Shown here: positions 48,267 to 57,604 of the stretch, piece after piece | How positions within the stretch are numbered: the first letter of the stretch is position 1 | Layout of the letters: every line of letters begins with the position of its first letter | Assembly (NCBI GenBank): GCA_037443565.1 | Contig: JBBIOB010000010.1 | Location: 1,329-65,328, forward strand | DNA length: 64,000 nt | Source: Armatimonadota bacterium | Lineage (GTDB): Bacteria; Sysuimicrobiota; Sysuimicrobiia; Sysuimicrobiales; Humicultoraceae | Direction: 5' to 3' | Translations under genes and position numbers: made by a program | Notes under the pieces: generated by a model | Told to the model about the DNA's origin: nothing | The model's database searches: none | What the model saw: the letters and a program-made list of their open reading frames with translations, nothing else

Positions 48267-49688
48267 ATGGATGCGGTGGGCCAGGATCAGGCGGGGCTGC
48301 GCGCGGCGCGTGAGGAGCTGGAGGCGTTCCTGGCGGCCCATCCCGCCTACGCCTCGACGCGCATCCTTGACGACCTGCGGGCCCGCGACTATCGCCTCCT
48401 CGACGACCTCGGGCACGTCTACCTGGACTATACGGGCGGCAGCCTCTACGCGGAGAGCCAGATCAGAGCGCATGCGGACCTGCTGGCCTCGCGCGTCCTG
48501 GGGAATCCCCACTCGACCAACCCCACCTCGCTGGCCGCCACCGAGATGGTCGAGCGGGCACGGGCGGCGGTGCTCCGGTTCTTCAACGCGCCGCCCGAGG
48601 AGTACGCGGCGATCTTCACGCCGAACGCCACGGGCGCGCTCAAACTCGTGGGCGAGGCGTACCCCTTCGACGCGGCGCGCCGGTACGTGCTGACCTTCGA
48701 CAACCACAACTCGGTCAACGGCATCCGCGAGTACGCGCGCGCCCGCGGCGCGACGGTCGCGTATGTGCCGGTGGCGCCCCCGGACCTGCGCGTGGAGAAG
48801 TCGCGGCTGCTCGCCGAGCTCGACCGCGGTGGGCCGGGGCTGTTCGCCTACCCGGCCCAGTCGAACTTCTCCGGCGTCCAGCATCCGCTGGAGTGGATCG
48901 CGCTGGCGCAGTCGAGGGGGTTCGAGGTCTTGCTCGACGCCGCGGCCTTTGTCCCGACCAACCGGCTCGACCTGCGCCGGGTCACGCCCGACTTCGTCAG
49001 CCTGTCGTTCTACAAGATGTTCGGATACCCCACCGGGATCGGGTGCCTGATCGGACGGCGCGAGGCCCTGGCGCGACTCCGCCGGCCGTGGTTCGCGGGC
49101 GGCACCATCACCGTGGCCTCGGTGCAGGGCGACCGCCACTACCTCGCCGATCCGCCGGCCGCGTTCGAGGACGGCACGCTCAACTACCTGGGTATCCCGG
49201 CCGTGGAGATCGGCCTGCGGCACCTGGAGGCTGTCGGGATCGAGGTGATCCACGAGCGCGTCCGGTGCCTGACCGCCTGGCTACTGGACAGGCTCACCGG
49301 GCTCCGGCACCGCAGCGGAGCCCCGCTCGCGCGCGTGTACGGCCCCGTGGACATGACTATGCGGGGAGGCACCGTCACGTTCAACGTCTACGGCCCGTAT
49401 GGCGATCCGATCGACCACCGCGTCGTCGAGGCGCAGGCCAACGCGGCCGGTATCTCGCTGCGGACCGGCTGCTTCTGCAATCCCGGGGGAGGCGAGATGG
49501 CGCTCGGGCTCTCGCAGGATGAGCTCGCGGCCTGCTTTACGGGCGCGCAGAACCGGTTGACGCTCGACGATTTCCGGCAGTGCATCACACCCAAGGGCTC
49601 GGGAGCCGTGCGGGTGTCGCTGGGGATCGCCAGCACGTTCGGCGACGCGCATCACTTCGCGCGGTTTGCCGAAGGCTGGCGCGGGTAG
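48267..49688 (+). CDS. Aminotransferase class V-fold PLP-dependent enzyme (MOCOS-N-terminal/IscS-like family)
   Basis: PLP-fold pattern (…FTPNATGALKLVGE…SFYKMFGYPTGIGCLIGRREAL…). Confidence 0.65.
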   Translation: MDAVGQDQAGLRAAREELEAFLAAHPAYASTRILDDLRARDYRLLDDLGHVYLDYTGGSLYAESQIRAHADLLASRVLGNPHSTNPTSLAATEMVERARAAVLRFFNAPPEEYAAIFTPNATGALKLVGEAYPFDAARRYVLTFDNHNSVNGIREYARARGATVAYVPVAPPDLRVEKSRLLAELDRGGPGLFAYPAQSNFSGVQHPLEWIALAQSRGFEVLLDAAAFVPTNRLDLRRVTPDFVSLSFYKMFGYPTGIGCLIGRREALARLRRPWFAGGTITVASVQGDRHYLADPPAAFEDGTLNYLGIPAVEIGLRHLEAVGIEVIHERVRCLTAWLLDRLTGLRHRSGAPLARVYGPVDMTMRGGTVTFNVYGPYGDPIDHRVVEAQANAAGISLRTGCFCNPGGGEMALGLSQDELAACFTGAQNRLTLDDFRQCITPKGSGAVRVSLGIASTFGDAHHFARFAEGWRG

Positions 49689-49704
49689 CGCCTGAGAGCG
49701 CTGC

Positions 49705-52700
49705 GTGACCGAGCCCGCGACCCCGCGGCGAGCACCGCATCCGGCGCTGGACGAATTCCACGCGCCCGTGCGGGCGTGGTTCGCCGCGTCGTTCGAGGCG
49801 CCCACACGCGCGCAGGAGCTCGGCTGGCCCGTCATCCGGGCGGGTGAGTCGGCGCTGATCATCGCGCCGACCGGATCGGGTAAGACGCTGGCCGCCTTCC
49901 TCGCGGCGATCGACCGCGTGATGTTTGAGCCTCCGCCAGCGGCCTACGCCCGCTGCCGCGTGCTGTACATCTCGCCGCTGAAGGCCCTGGCGGTTGACGT
50001 GGATCGCAACCTGCAGGCGCCGCTGGCCGGGATCGCCCGGTTCGCCGAGCGCGCAGGCGCGGTGGCGCAGATGCCCGCGGTCGCGGTTCGCACCGGCGAC
50101 ACGCCGCCTGGGGAGCGCGCGCGGTTCATCCGGCAGCCTGCCGATCTCCTGATCACCACGCCCGAGTCGCTCTACCTGATGCTGACGAGCCGGGCCCGCG
50201 AGGCGCTGCGCGCGGTCCGCTGGGTGATCGTGGACGAGGTGCACGCGCTCGTCGGCACGAAACGCGGCGCGCACCTGGCGCTCTCGCTGGAACGCCTCGC
50301 GGCGATCGTGTTGCAGCCGCTGCAGCGCATCGGGCTGTCGGCCACGGTCCGGCCTCACGAGGAAGCCGCCCGGTTCCTGGGCGGGTTCGACGACGCCGGG
50401 ACGCCCCGACCGGTGCAGATCGTGGACGCCGGCCGGATCAAACGGCTCGACCTAACCGTGGAGGTCGCGGTCGAGGATATGGCCCGCCTGGGCGAGGCAG
50501 CGGACGCCCCGGGCAGGCCGGACTCGGAAGGGCAGGGGCCGGCGAGCATCTGGCCGGCCGTGCACCCGCGCATCCTCGAGCTGGTCCGGCAGCACCGCTC
50601 CACGCTGATCTTCGTCAACAGCCGCCGGCTGGCCGAGCGCCTGGCCAGTGCGCTCAATGAGCTGGCCGGCGAGGTCGTCGCACACGCGCATCATGGGTCG
50701 CTCTCCAAGGAACGGCGCCTCGCCATCGAGGAACGGCTGAAGGCCGGCGACCTGCCCGCGCTGGTCGCCACGTCGTCGCTCGAGCTCGGCATCGACATGG
50801 GCGCAATCGACCTGGTCATCCAGGTCGAGGCGCCGCCCAGCGTGACGAGCGCCATCCAGCGCATCGGCCGGTCGGGCCACACGCTCGATGCGCCGAGCAC
50901 CGGCGTCATCCTGCCGAAGTACCGCGGCGACCTGCTGGCCTGCGCCGCGCTCACCGGGCAGGTGCGCGCGGGCGCCGTCGAAGCCGTCTGCTACCCGCGG
51001 CTGCCGCTCGATGTCCTCGCCCAGCAGATCGTCGCGATGGTCGCCGCGGACGAGTGGCGGGTGGACGACCTCGAGCACACCGTCCGGCGCGCGGCGCCGT
51101 TCCAGGACCTCAGCCGCGCCTCGTTCGAGGGCGTGCTCGACATGCTGGCCGGCCGCTACCCCTCCGATGAGTTCGCCGACCTACGCCCCCGCATCGTCTG
51201 GGACCGCGCGACCGGCCTGCTGCGGCCGCGCGAGGGCGCCAAGCGCGTCGCCATCGAGAACGGCGGCACGATTCCCGACCGCGGCCTGTACGGGGTGTTC
51301 CTGGCCGGGGCGGAGCCCGGGCGCGGCCGCGTGGGCGAGCTCGACGAGGAGATGGTGTTCGAGAGCCGCCCGGGCGACACGTTCATCCTGGGCGCCAGCA
51401 CGTGGCGGATCGAGGAGATCACGCACGACCGGGTCCTCGTGTCGCCGGCGCCGGGTGAGCCCGGACGGATGCCGTTCTGGCACGGGGACATCTCGGGACG
51501 GCCGCTCGAGTTCGGCCGCGCGATCGGCGCGATGACGCGAACGCTGCTGGAGATCCCTGAGGCCGCTGCGATCCGGCGCCTGATCGAGCAGCATGCGCTG
51601 ACCGAGACTGCGGCGCGCAACCTAGTCCAGTACCTGTACGACCAGGTCGAGGCCGCGGGCGCGGCGCCCGACGACCGGACGCTGGTGGTCGAGCGCTTCA
51701 AGGACGAGATGGGCGACTGGCGGGTCTGCGTGCTGTCGCCATTCGGCGGCCGCATCCACGCGCCGTGGGCGATGGCGATCGGCGCACGCGTGCGGCGGCG
51801 GTACGGCGTCGAGCTGGACATCCTCTGGACCGACGACGGCATCGTGGTGCGCTTCCCCGACGTCGACCAGCCGCCGCCGACCGACCTGCTCTTTCCCGAC
51901 GCGGACGAGGTCGAGGACCTGGTCGTCGAGCAGCTCGGCGCCGGCACCGGTGCGCGGCAGGCTCAGCTCGGCGCGCCGGCGACCGCGCTGTTCGCGTCGC
52001 GGTTCCGCGAGGCCGCCTCGCGCGCGCTGCTGCTGCCCCGGCGCTTTCCCGGCCAGCGGGTCCCGCTGTGGCAGCAGCGCAAGCGCGCCGCCGACCTGCT
52101 GCGGGCCACCGCGCGGTTCGGGTCGTTCCCCATCATCCTGGAAGCCTACCGCGAGTGTCTGCGCGACGTCTTCGACCTCTCCGGCGTGCGGGAGCTGCTG
52201 CGCGCGGTCGCGGGCCGGGAGGTGCGCGTGGTGACCGTGGACACGCGCACGCCCTCGCCGTTTGCCGCGGCGCTGCTGTTCACCTACATCGCCAACTTCA
52301 TGTACGAGGGTGATGCGCCGCTGGCCGAGGCCCGGGCCCAGGCGCTGCTGGTGGACCCGGCGCAGCTGCGCGACCTGCTGGGCGTCGTCGAGCTGCGGGA
52401 GTTGATCGACGGCGAGGCGCTGGATGCCCTGGAGCTCTCGCTCCAGCACCTGACGCCCGAGCGCGCGGCCCGGCACCCCGACGGGCTCTGCGACCTGCTG
52501 CGCGACCTCGGCGACCTGTCGCTCGAAGAGATCCGGGCGCGTGCGGATCAGGGCGCCGAGGTCGCGGCCTGGGTCGAGCGCCTGGAGCACGAGCGGCGGG
52601 TCGTGCGCCTCGAGATCGCCGGCGAGCCGCGCTACGTGGCGGTCGAGGATGTGGCGCGCTACCGCGACGGGCTGGGCATTCCGGCGCCGCCCGGGGTACC

Positions 52701-54249
52701 GGCCGCGTTCCTGGAACCGGCGCACGAGCCCCTGGGCGATCTCGTCGCCCGCTACGCGCGGACGCACGGGCCCTTTGCCGCGCACGAACCGGCGCGCCGC
52801 CTCGGGCTCGACGTCCCCGCGGTGACGGCCGTGCTCCGCCGGCTCGAGGCCGCCGGCCGCGTCGTCTCCGGGGAGTTCCGCCCGCATGGGACAGGCCGTG
52901 AGTGGTGCGAGGCCGGCGTCCTGGCTACGCTGCGGCGGCGGTCGCTCGCGCGGCTGCGCCACGAGGTCGAGCCGGTCGAGCCGGCGGCGCTGGGCCGCCT
53001 CTACCTCGAGTGGCACGGCATCACCGCGAAGCGCCGCGGCCAAGAGGGACTGCTGACGGCGCTGCGCGGGCTACAGGGCGCGGCGCTGCCGGCGTCGGTC
53101 TTCGAGCGCGACATCCTCCCGGCCCGACTGACCGACTACGATCCGCGCATGCTCGATACGCTCACCGCGTCGGGCCAAGTCGTGTGGATGGGCATCGAGC
53201 CGCTCGCGCCGCGCGACGGCCGGATCCGTCTGTTCCTGGCCGAGCAGATGCCGCTCCTGCTGACGCCGCCCCCGGGTCCTCCGCCGGACGGTCCCGCACA
53301 CCGGAAGATCCGCGACGCGCTCCGCGCGCGCGGTGCCCTGTTCTTCCCTCAGCTCCTGCAGGCGATTGGCGGCGGGTTCGTCCCGGACGCGCTGCAGGCG
53401 TTGTGGGATCTGGTGTGGGCCGGTGAGATCACCAACGACACGCTCGCGCCGCTGCGCGGCTATGTGAACCCGCGGCGCCGGCGGATGCGCGATGGATCGT
53501 CGACGCGCGCGCGCCTGCAGCGCCCCGGTCTCGTCGACGCGGGCCTGGGGCTCCCCGCCGAAGCATCGGGCCGGTGGTCGCTGGTCGGCAGCCTAGTCAT
53601 CCGCGAGCCGACGGTCACCGAGCGAGCCGCCGCACGCGTCCGGCAACTGCTCGAACGGCACGGCGTGCTCACGCGCGAGGCGATCGCAGCCGAGGGGCTC
53701 GACGGCGGATTCACCGCGGCCTATGGCATCCTCAAGGCCATGGAAGACGCCGGCCGCGTGCGCCGCGGCTACTTCGTGGCCGGACGAGGGGCCACGCAAT
53801 TCGCGCTGCCCGGCGCGGTCGACCGGCTGCGGGCCCTGCGCGAGCCGGTCGCCGCCGGGGCCGTGCTGCTGGCTGCCACCGATCCGGCAAACCCGTACGG
53901 GGCGGCCATCCCCTGGCCCGAGCGGCAGGGCGGAAGTGGAGGCCGGCGGCCGGCGCGATCGGCGGGCGCCTTCGTGGTGCTCGTCGACGGCGCGCTGGGT
54001 GCCTGGCTCGCACCAAGAGAGCACCAGATGCTGACGTTCTTCGATGCGGCCGGCGATCGCGCGGAGGCCCTCGCGCGCGCCGTGGCCCGATGCCTGTCGC
54101 GCGACGCAGGAGTCGGCCCGGCAGGTGCGCTGTCGCTCGAGGAGATCGACGGACAGGCCGCTGCCGAGTCCCCGTTGGCGCGCGCGCTCCGCGAAGCGGG
54201 ATTCGCGGCGACCCCGCGCGGCTTCCTCTGGCGCGCGCAGGCCGGGTAG
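49705..54249 (+). CDS. lhr: Lhr-family ATP-dependent DEAD/DEAH-box helicase (large helicase-related protein)
   Basis: Walker A (APTGSGKTLAAF), DEVH, helicase C motifs, and a long Lhr-type C-terminal extension (~1514 aa). Confidence 0.85.
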   Translation: MTEPATPRRAPHPALDEFHAPVRAWFAASFEAPTRAQELGWPVIRAGESALIIAPTGSGKTLAAFLAAIDRVMFEPPPAAYARCRVLYISPLKALAVDVDRNLQAPLAGIARFAERAGAVAQMPAVAVRTGDTPPGERARFIRQPADLLITTPESLYLMLTSRAREALRAVRWVIVDEVHALVGTKRGAHLALSLERLAAIVLQPLQRIGLSATVRPHEEAARFLGGFDDAGTPRPVQIVDAGRIKRLDLTVEVAVEDMARLGEAADAPGRPDSEGQGPASIWPAVHPRILELVRQHRSTLIFVNSRRLAERLASALNELAGEVVAHAHHGSLSKERRLAIEERLKAGDLPALVATSSLELGIDMGAIDLVIQVEAPPSVTSAIQRIGRSGHTLDAPSTGVILPKYRGDLLACAALTGQVRAGAVEAVCYPRLPLDVLAQQIVAMVAADEWRVDDLEHTVRRAAPFQDLSRASFEGVLDMLAGRYPSDEFADLRPRIVWDRATGLLRPREGAKRVAIENGGTIPDRGLYGVFLAGAEPGRGRVGELDEEMVFESRPGDTFILGASTWRIEEITHDRVLVSPAPGEPGRMPFWHGDISGRPLEFGRAIGAMTRTLLEIPEAAAIRRLIEQHALTETAARNLVQYLYDQVEAAGAAPDDRTLVVERFKDEMGDWRVCVLSPFGGRIHAPWAMAIGARVRRRYGVELDILWTDDGIVVRFPDVDQPPPTDLLFPDADEVEDLVVEQLGAGTGARQAQLGAPATALFASRFREAASRALLLPRRFPGQRVPLWQQRKRAADLLRATARFGSFPIILEAYRECLRDVFDLSGVRELLRAVAGREVRVVTVDTRTPSPFAAALLFTYIANFMYEGDAPLAEARAQALLVDPAQLRDLLGVVELRELIDGEALDALELSLQHLTPERAARHPDGLCDLLRDLGDLSLEEIRARADQGAEVAAWVERLEHERRVVRLEIAGEPRYVAVEDVARYRDGLGIPAPPGVPAAFLEPAHEPLGDLVARYARTHGPFAAHEPARRLGLDVPAVTAVLRRLEAAGRVVSGEFRPHGTGREWCEAGVLATLRRRSLARLRHEVEPVEPAALGRLYLEWHGITAKRRGQEGLLTALRGLQGAALPASVFERDILPARLTDYDPRMLDTLTASGQVVWMGIEPLAPRDGRIRLFLAEQMPLLLTPPPGPPPDGPAHRKIRDALRARGALFFPQLLQAIGGGFVPDALQALWDLVWAGEITNDTLAPLRGYVNPRRRRMRDGSSTRARLQRPGLVDAGLGLPAEASGRWSLVGSLVIREPTVTERAAARVRQLLERHGVLTREAIAAEGLDGGFTAAYGILKAMEDAGRVRRGYFVAGRGATQFALPGAVDRLRALREPVAAGAVLLAATDPANPYGAAIPWPERQGGSGGRRPARSAGAFVVLVDGALGAWLAPREHQMLTFFDAAGDRAEALARAVARCLSRDAGVGPAGALSLEEIDGQAAAESPLARALREAGFAATPRGFLWRAQAG

Positions 54250-54253
54250 CTGT

Positions 54254-55363
54254 CTATCGCGCCCCCAACACCCCCTGCGCGATGCGCGCGCTCAAGACCG
54301 CGAAGACCGCGATCTCGAAGGCGACCGTGAGCAATCCGTACAGCGCCAGGGAGCCGCTGCGAGAGACGCCGCTCGCCGGCCGGCCGCGCGCCCGAACCCA
54401 GGCCATCAGCGCCCGCCGGGCACGGGGCTCCAGACCCGGCTCGCCCAGCATCTCGCTCAGCAGGTAGGCCCCGTCGGTCCGCAGCGCGGGGAGCAGGTTC
54501 CAGACAGTGCGCAGCAGGGCCGCGGTCGCCACCGACCACGAACGATCGTCCAGACCCGGGACGATCCAGCCCGCAAAGAGCGCCGCGGATCCCAGCAGCC
54601 CGTCTGCCAGCGGCCCGGCTGCGGCGATCTTCAAGCGCGCGCGTCGCGGCAGCAGGATGAGATCTGGGATCTCGATACACAGCAGGACCCGCCACCGCTG
54701 CTGGGCGATGCTGATACTGCGTACACGTCCGCCGTGTAAGAGGGCCGCCATCCCGTGCGCGAGCTCATGCCCGACCCCCATCAGCCATGCGAGCGACACG
54801 GTGACCGGCAGGCCATCCCACAGCCGTGCCAGGGACAGGGATGCGTGAAGCGCATCGCTGCGCCCCAGGGCTCCCAGGGTGCCTCCGACGACGAGCCCCG
54901 CGAGCGCGGCGGTGATCAGGCTCGGTGGAACCAGCTTCAGCAGCCCGCAGAGCGGCTCCAGCAGGGGTGTGGGATCGAAGAGACGCACCCTCCGGGTGTT
55001 CCCCCGGGTGCTCGCGCGCGTGTTCCCGAGCGCGGTCCCGCGGGTGCTCGCACCCGCTGGGGGCACCGATGCAGCGGGCCCTTCCAGAACGCCCTCCTCC
55101 GCCAGGCGCGCGACGAACCGCGCGACCAGCGGGGCGGCATCCACCTCAGGACGTCGTGCCCGGACAGCCGTCTCCAGGTCGGTCAGCGTCCGGGCGCCGT
55201 CGCACAGGGAGAGGAGCAAGGCCGCCGGCTCATCGACCAGGAGATGCCGACCCTCGGGCGTCCGGATGATCCAGGCCCCTGCCCGCCGGGCAATCTCCAC
55301 GGGCCGCACCGTGACGCCAGCCCGAAGTCGCGGACGCTGCGGGGACGAGGTCAGTTCGTCCAC
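54254..55363 (-). CDS. RRE (PqqD-like) domain fused to an M50/site-2-protease-like membrane zinc metalloprotease; putative leader peptidase of the TOMM cluster
   Basis: N-terminal PqqD/RRE-like region (…AGAWIIRTPEGRHLLVDEPAALLLSLCDGARTLTDLETAVR…FVARLAEEGVLE), then TM segments carrying HELAH and the M50 NxxPxxxxDG motif (NLLPALRTDG). The long upstream extension in the ORF track (to 56197) overlaps the ABC-2 permease and was rejected. Confidence 0.6.
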   Translation of the reverse strand: MDELTSSPQRPRLRAGVTVRPVEIARRAGAWIIRTPEGRHLLVDEPAALLLSLCDGARTLTDLETAVRARRPEVDAAPLVARFVARLAEEGVLEGPAASVPPAGASTRGTALGNTRASTRGNTRRVRLFDPTPLLEPLCGLLKLVPPSLITAALAGLVVGGTLGALGRSDALHASLSLARLWDGLPVTVSLAWLMGVGHELAHGMAALLHGGRVRSISIAQQRWRVLLCIEIPDLILLPRRARLKIAAAGPLADGLLGSAALFAGWIVPGLDDRSWSVATAALLRTVWNLLPALRTDGAYLLSEMLGEPGLEPRARRALMAWVRARGRPASGVSRSGSLALYGLLTVAFEIAVFAVLSARIAQGVLGAR

Positions 55364-56073
55364 CGGAACCGCGTCACCGCCACCACGCTCCCAGCGACAC
55401 CCCACGCGGCCAGTACGGCCAGGTCGGTCAGAACCTCGTGGAGCCCGACCCCGGCGGCCGCCGCGCGGATCCCGTGGAGGAAGTATGTGAGCGGCAGCCC
55501 CTTCGCAAGGTACCCCAGGATCTCCGGGAGCCGGTCGGTCGGAAAGTACGCGCCGCTGAGGAACGTCATGGAGAAGAACAGCAGCGACGCGATCGAGCCA
55601 GCGCTCTCCACCGAGGGCGCGAGCCCGCCGATCGCCAGCCCGGATGCCAAGAACGCCGGAATGCCGACGGCCAGAACCGCGACGAGCGTCAGGACATCCG
55701 CGGAGAGGCGGGCGCCGAACAGGAGCACGCCGAGCCCCGCCAGTTCGACGCCGACGCACAAGACGACGAGCGCGCGCAGGAGCATGTGCGCCGCCACGAA
55801 CTGCCAGGCGGGAATGGGCACCAGGGCGAGCCGTTTGAGGAAGCCGCTGCGGCGGTGGTGGGCGACCACCACGCCGACGCTGTAGAACGACATGGAGGCC
55901 AGGACCATCCCCAGCAGGCCGGGGATCAGGAACTGCACGTGCCCCGGCCGCTGAAACACGCTGCCGAGCAGCGCCAGGAGGAACGCCGGGAAGAAGAACG
56001 TCCAAAAGACGGCCTGGGGCGTTCGCCGGAACAGCCTGGCTTCCATGACGAGCGCGGCCCACACGTGCCTCAT
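55351..56073 (-). CDS. ABC-2 type transporter permease
   Basis: Six hydrophobic helices; ATGA overlap with the upstream ATP-binding gene. The ORF-track N-terminal extension was ignored. Confidence 0.65.
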   Translation of the reverse strand: MRHVWAALVMEARLFRRTPQAVFWTFFFPAFLLALLGSVFQRPGHVQFLIPGLLGMVLASMSFYSVGVVVAHHRRSGFLKRLALVPIPAWQFVAAHMLLRALVVLCVGVELAGLGVLLFGARLSADVLTLVAVLAVGIPAFLASGLAIGGLAPSVESAGSIASLLFFSMTFLSGAYFPTDRLPEILGYLAKGLPLTYFLHGIRAAAAGVGLHEVLTDLAVLAAWGVAGSVVAVTRFRWTN

Positions 56074-56804
56074 GGCGGGCCGCTCGCTTTCCCGGCATCG
56101 TCCGTGAGCGCCAGGAAGACCCCTTCGAGGCCTCCCCGGCCCATCGCGGCGACCTCCGCCGGCGGCCCGGTGGCGATGACTCTCCCGCGGTGGACAATCG
56201 CCACGCGGTCGCACAGCGCCTGGGCTTCCTCGAGGTGATGGGTGGCGAGCAGCACGGTCCGGCCCTGAGCCTTGAGGTCTCTGATCATCCCCCACAACGC
56301 CTGACGGGCATGGGCATCCAATCCGGCCGTGGGCTCGTCCAGCACCACGAGCTCCGGCTCCCCGACAAGCGCCAGGGCGAGGAGGAACCGGCGACGCTGG
56401 CCACCCGACAGCCGCCCGTACATCCTTGCTGCCTCAGACGTGAGCCCAACGCGGTCGAGGAGGACCGGGATGGCTGCCCGGCGGGGATAGAAGGAGCCAA
56501 GGAACATCAGCGCCTCAGCGAGTCGCATGTACGGGTTGAAGACCTCTTCCTGGAGCTGCACCCCGATGCGCCTCCTGAGATTCAGATTGTCGCGGTGGGG
56601 ATCGAGCCCGAGCACGCGAATCGAACCGGCGTCAGGCCGCAGCAGCCCGACCATGGTTTCAATGGCCGTCGTCTTCCCGGCACCATTGCGCCCCAGGAGG
56701 CCGTAGACTTCTCCGTGCCTAACGACGAGATCCAGCCCATCGAGGGCCACAACCGACCCGTATCGCTTGCGCAGGCCCGAGATCTCTATAGATGGATGCG
56801 CCAC
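56070..56804 (-). CDS. ABC transporter ATP-binding protein
   Basis: Walker A (GRNGAGKTT), signature (LSGGQRRR), Walker B (LVVLDEPTAGLD). Confidence 0.85.
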   Translation of the reverse strand: MAHPSIEISGLRKRYGSVVALDGLDLVVRHGEVYGLLGRNGAGKTTAIETMVGLLRPDAGSIRVLGLDPHRDNLNLRRRIGVQLQEEVFNPYMRLAEALMFLGSFYPRRAAIPVLLDRVGLTSEAARMYGRLSGGQRRRFLLALALVGEPELVVLDEPTAGLDAHARQALWGMIRDLKAQGRTVLLATHHLEEAQALCDRVAIVHRGRVIATGPPAEVAAMGRGGLEGVFLALTDDAGKASGPP

Positions 56805-56808
56805 GGCT

Positions 56809-57597
56809 CTATCCTTTCGGCCGGCCTATAGCGACGGCATACAGCGCGCTGGCATGCACACCATCCAGCCCCAGCGCGGCATCCAGCGCGGCGTCGTCCC
56901 AACCGCCGAGGGCCACGGCCCCCAGGCCCAGGGCGGCCCCGGCCAGATATGCGTTCTGCGCCATGTGTCCAGCCTCGAGGAGCACAAAGCGATACCCCCT
57001 GCCCCCATACACCTCGGCCGTACGCTCGAAGACCGCCGCCAGCACGATCAGCAGACCGGCGCGCTCGACGAGCGCCGGGTACGCGCAGGCGGCGAGCAGC
57101 CCGCTCAGGGGCATCGTGGGTTCAGGCAGCATCTCTGCGGCGCCGTGGCGGGAGGGCTCGTAATGGTACGGTCCATGCCCCCGGCCATCGGGCGGCGTCG
57201 GCAGCCAGAAGAAGGTCTCGATCGGATAGCGTGCGCCGGCAGATGGGGCTGTTCGTCTGCGATGCTCTGCGCCGTCGGCAGGCAGCAGGCCGGCCGTCGC
57301 CCACAATATCGTCGACGTCTCCTCCCAGCGCAGCGGCGACCCGGCGAACTCCCTCGCCGACCGCCTGGCCAGCAGCGTGTGCCGCAACGACGCGGAGAGA
57401 CCGTCGCTGCTCAGCGGCTCAGGCAGCGCCAGGAACGGCCGGCGTCGGAACTGCCAGGCAGATGGCCGTTCCATGCGCACGGGCGCCGCGGCCCGACGCC
57501 TGACCTCAGTCCACTCCATGGATCGCCACTTGCTATTCTGGTGAAAGACCATCCAGAGCGGCTGGTCCGGGGCCAGGCGGGCGTCGAACCGCGTCAT
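56809..57597 (-). CDS. SagB-type (nitroreductase-family) FMN dehydrogenase of a TOMM/azoline-forming RiPP pathway
   Basis: Nitroreductase-fold hallmarks (RRSAREF…, …LEAGHMAQNAYLAGAALGLGAVALGG) and a position directly downstream of YcaO. Confidence 0.7.
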   Translation of the reverse strand: MTRFDARLAPDQPLWMVFHQNSKWRSMEWTEVRRRAAAPVRMERPSAWQFRRRPFLALPEPLSSDGLSASLRHTLLARRSAREFAGSPLRWEETSTILWATAGLLPADGAEHRRRTAPSAGARYPIETFFWLPTPPDGRGHGPYHYEPSRHGAAEMLPEPTMPLSGLLAACAYPALVERAGLLIVLAAVFERTAEVYGGRGYRFVLLEAGHMAQNAYLAGAALGLGAVALGGWDDAALDAALGLDGVHASALYAVAIGRPKG

Positions 57598-57604
57598 GGT
57601 CTCC

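Noticed and set aside
46591-48693. 700-aa plus-strand ORF
   Set aside because: It overlaps the CDF transporter and PhzF remnant. Only a short stretch (~48120..48200) looks protein-like, and that is interpreted as the shifted C-terminus of the PhzF pseudogene.
55363-56197. N-terminal 280-aa extension of the ORF-track entry 54254..56197
   Set aside because: The extension overlaps the ABC-2 permease gene in another frame and is compositionally junk. The gene is trimmed to start at the GTG just upstream of the RRE-like domain.
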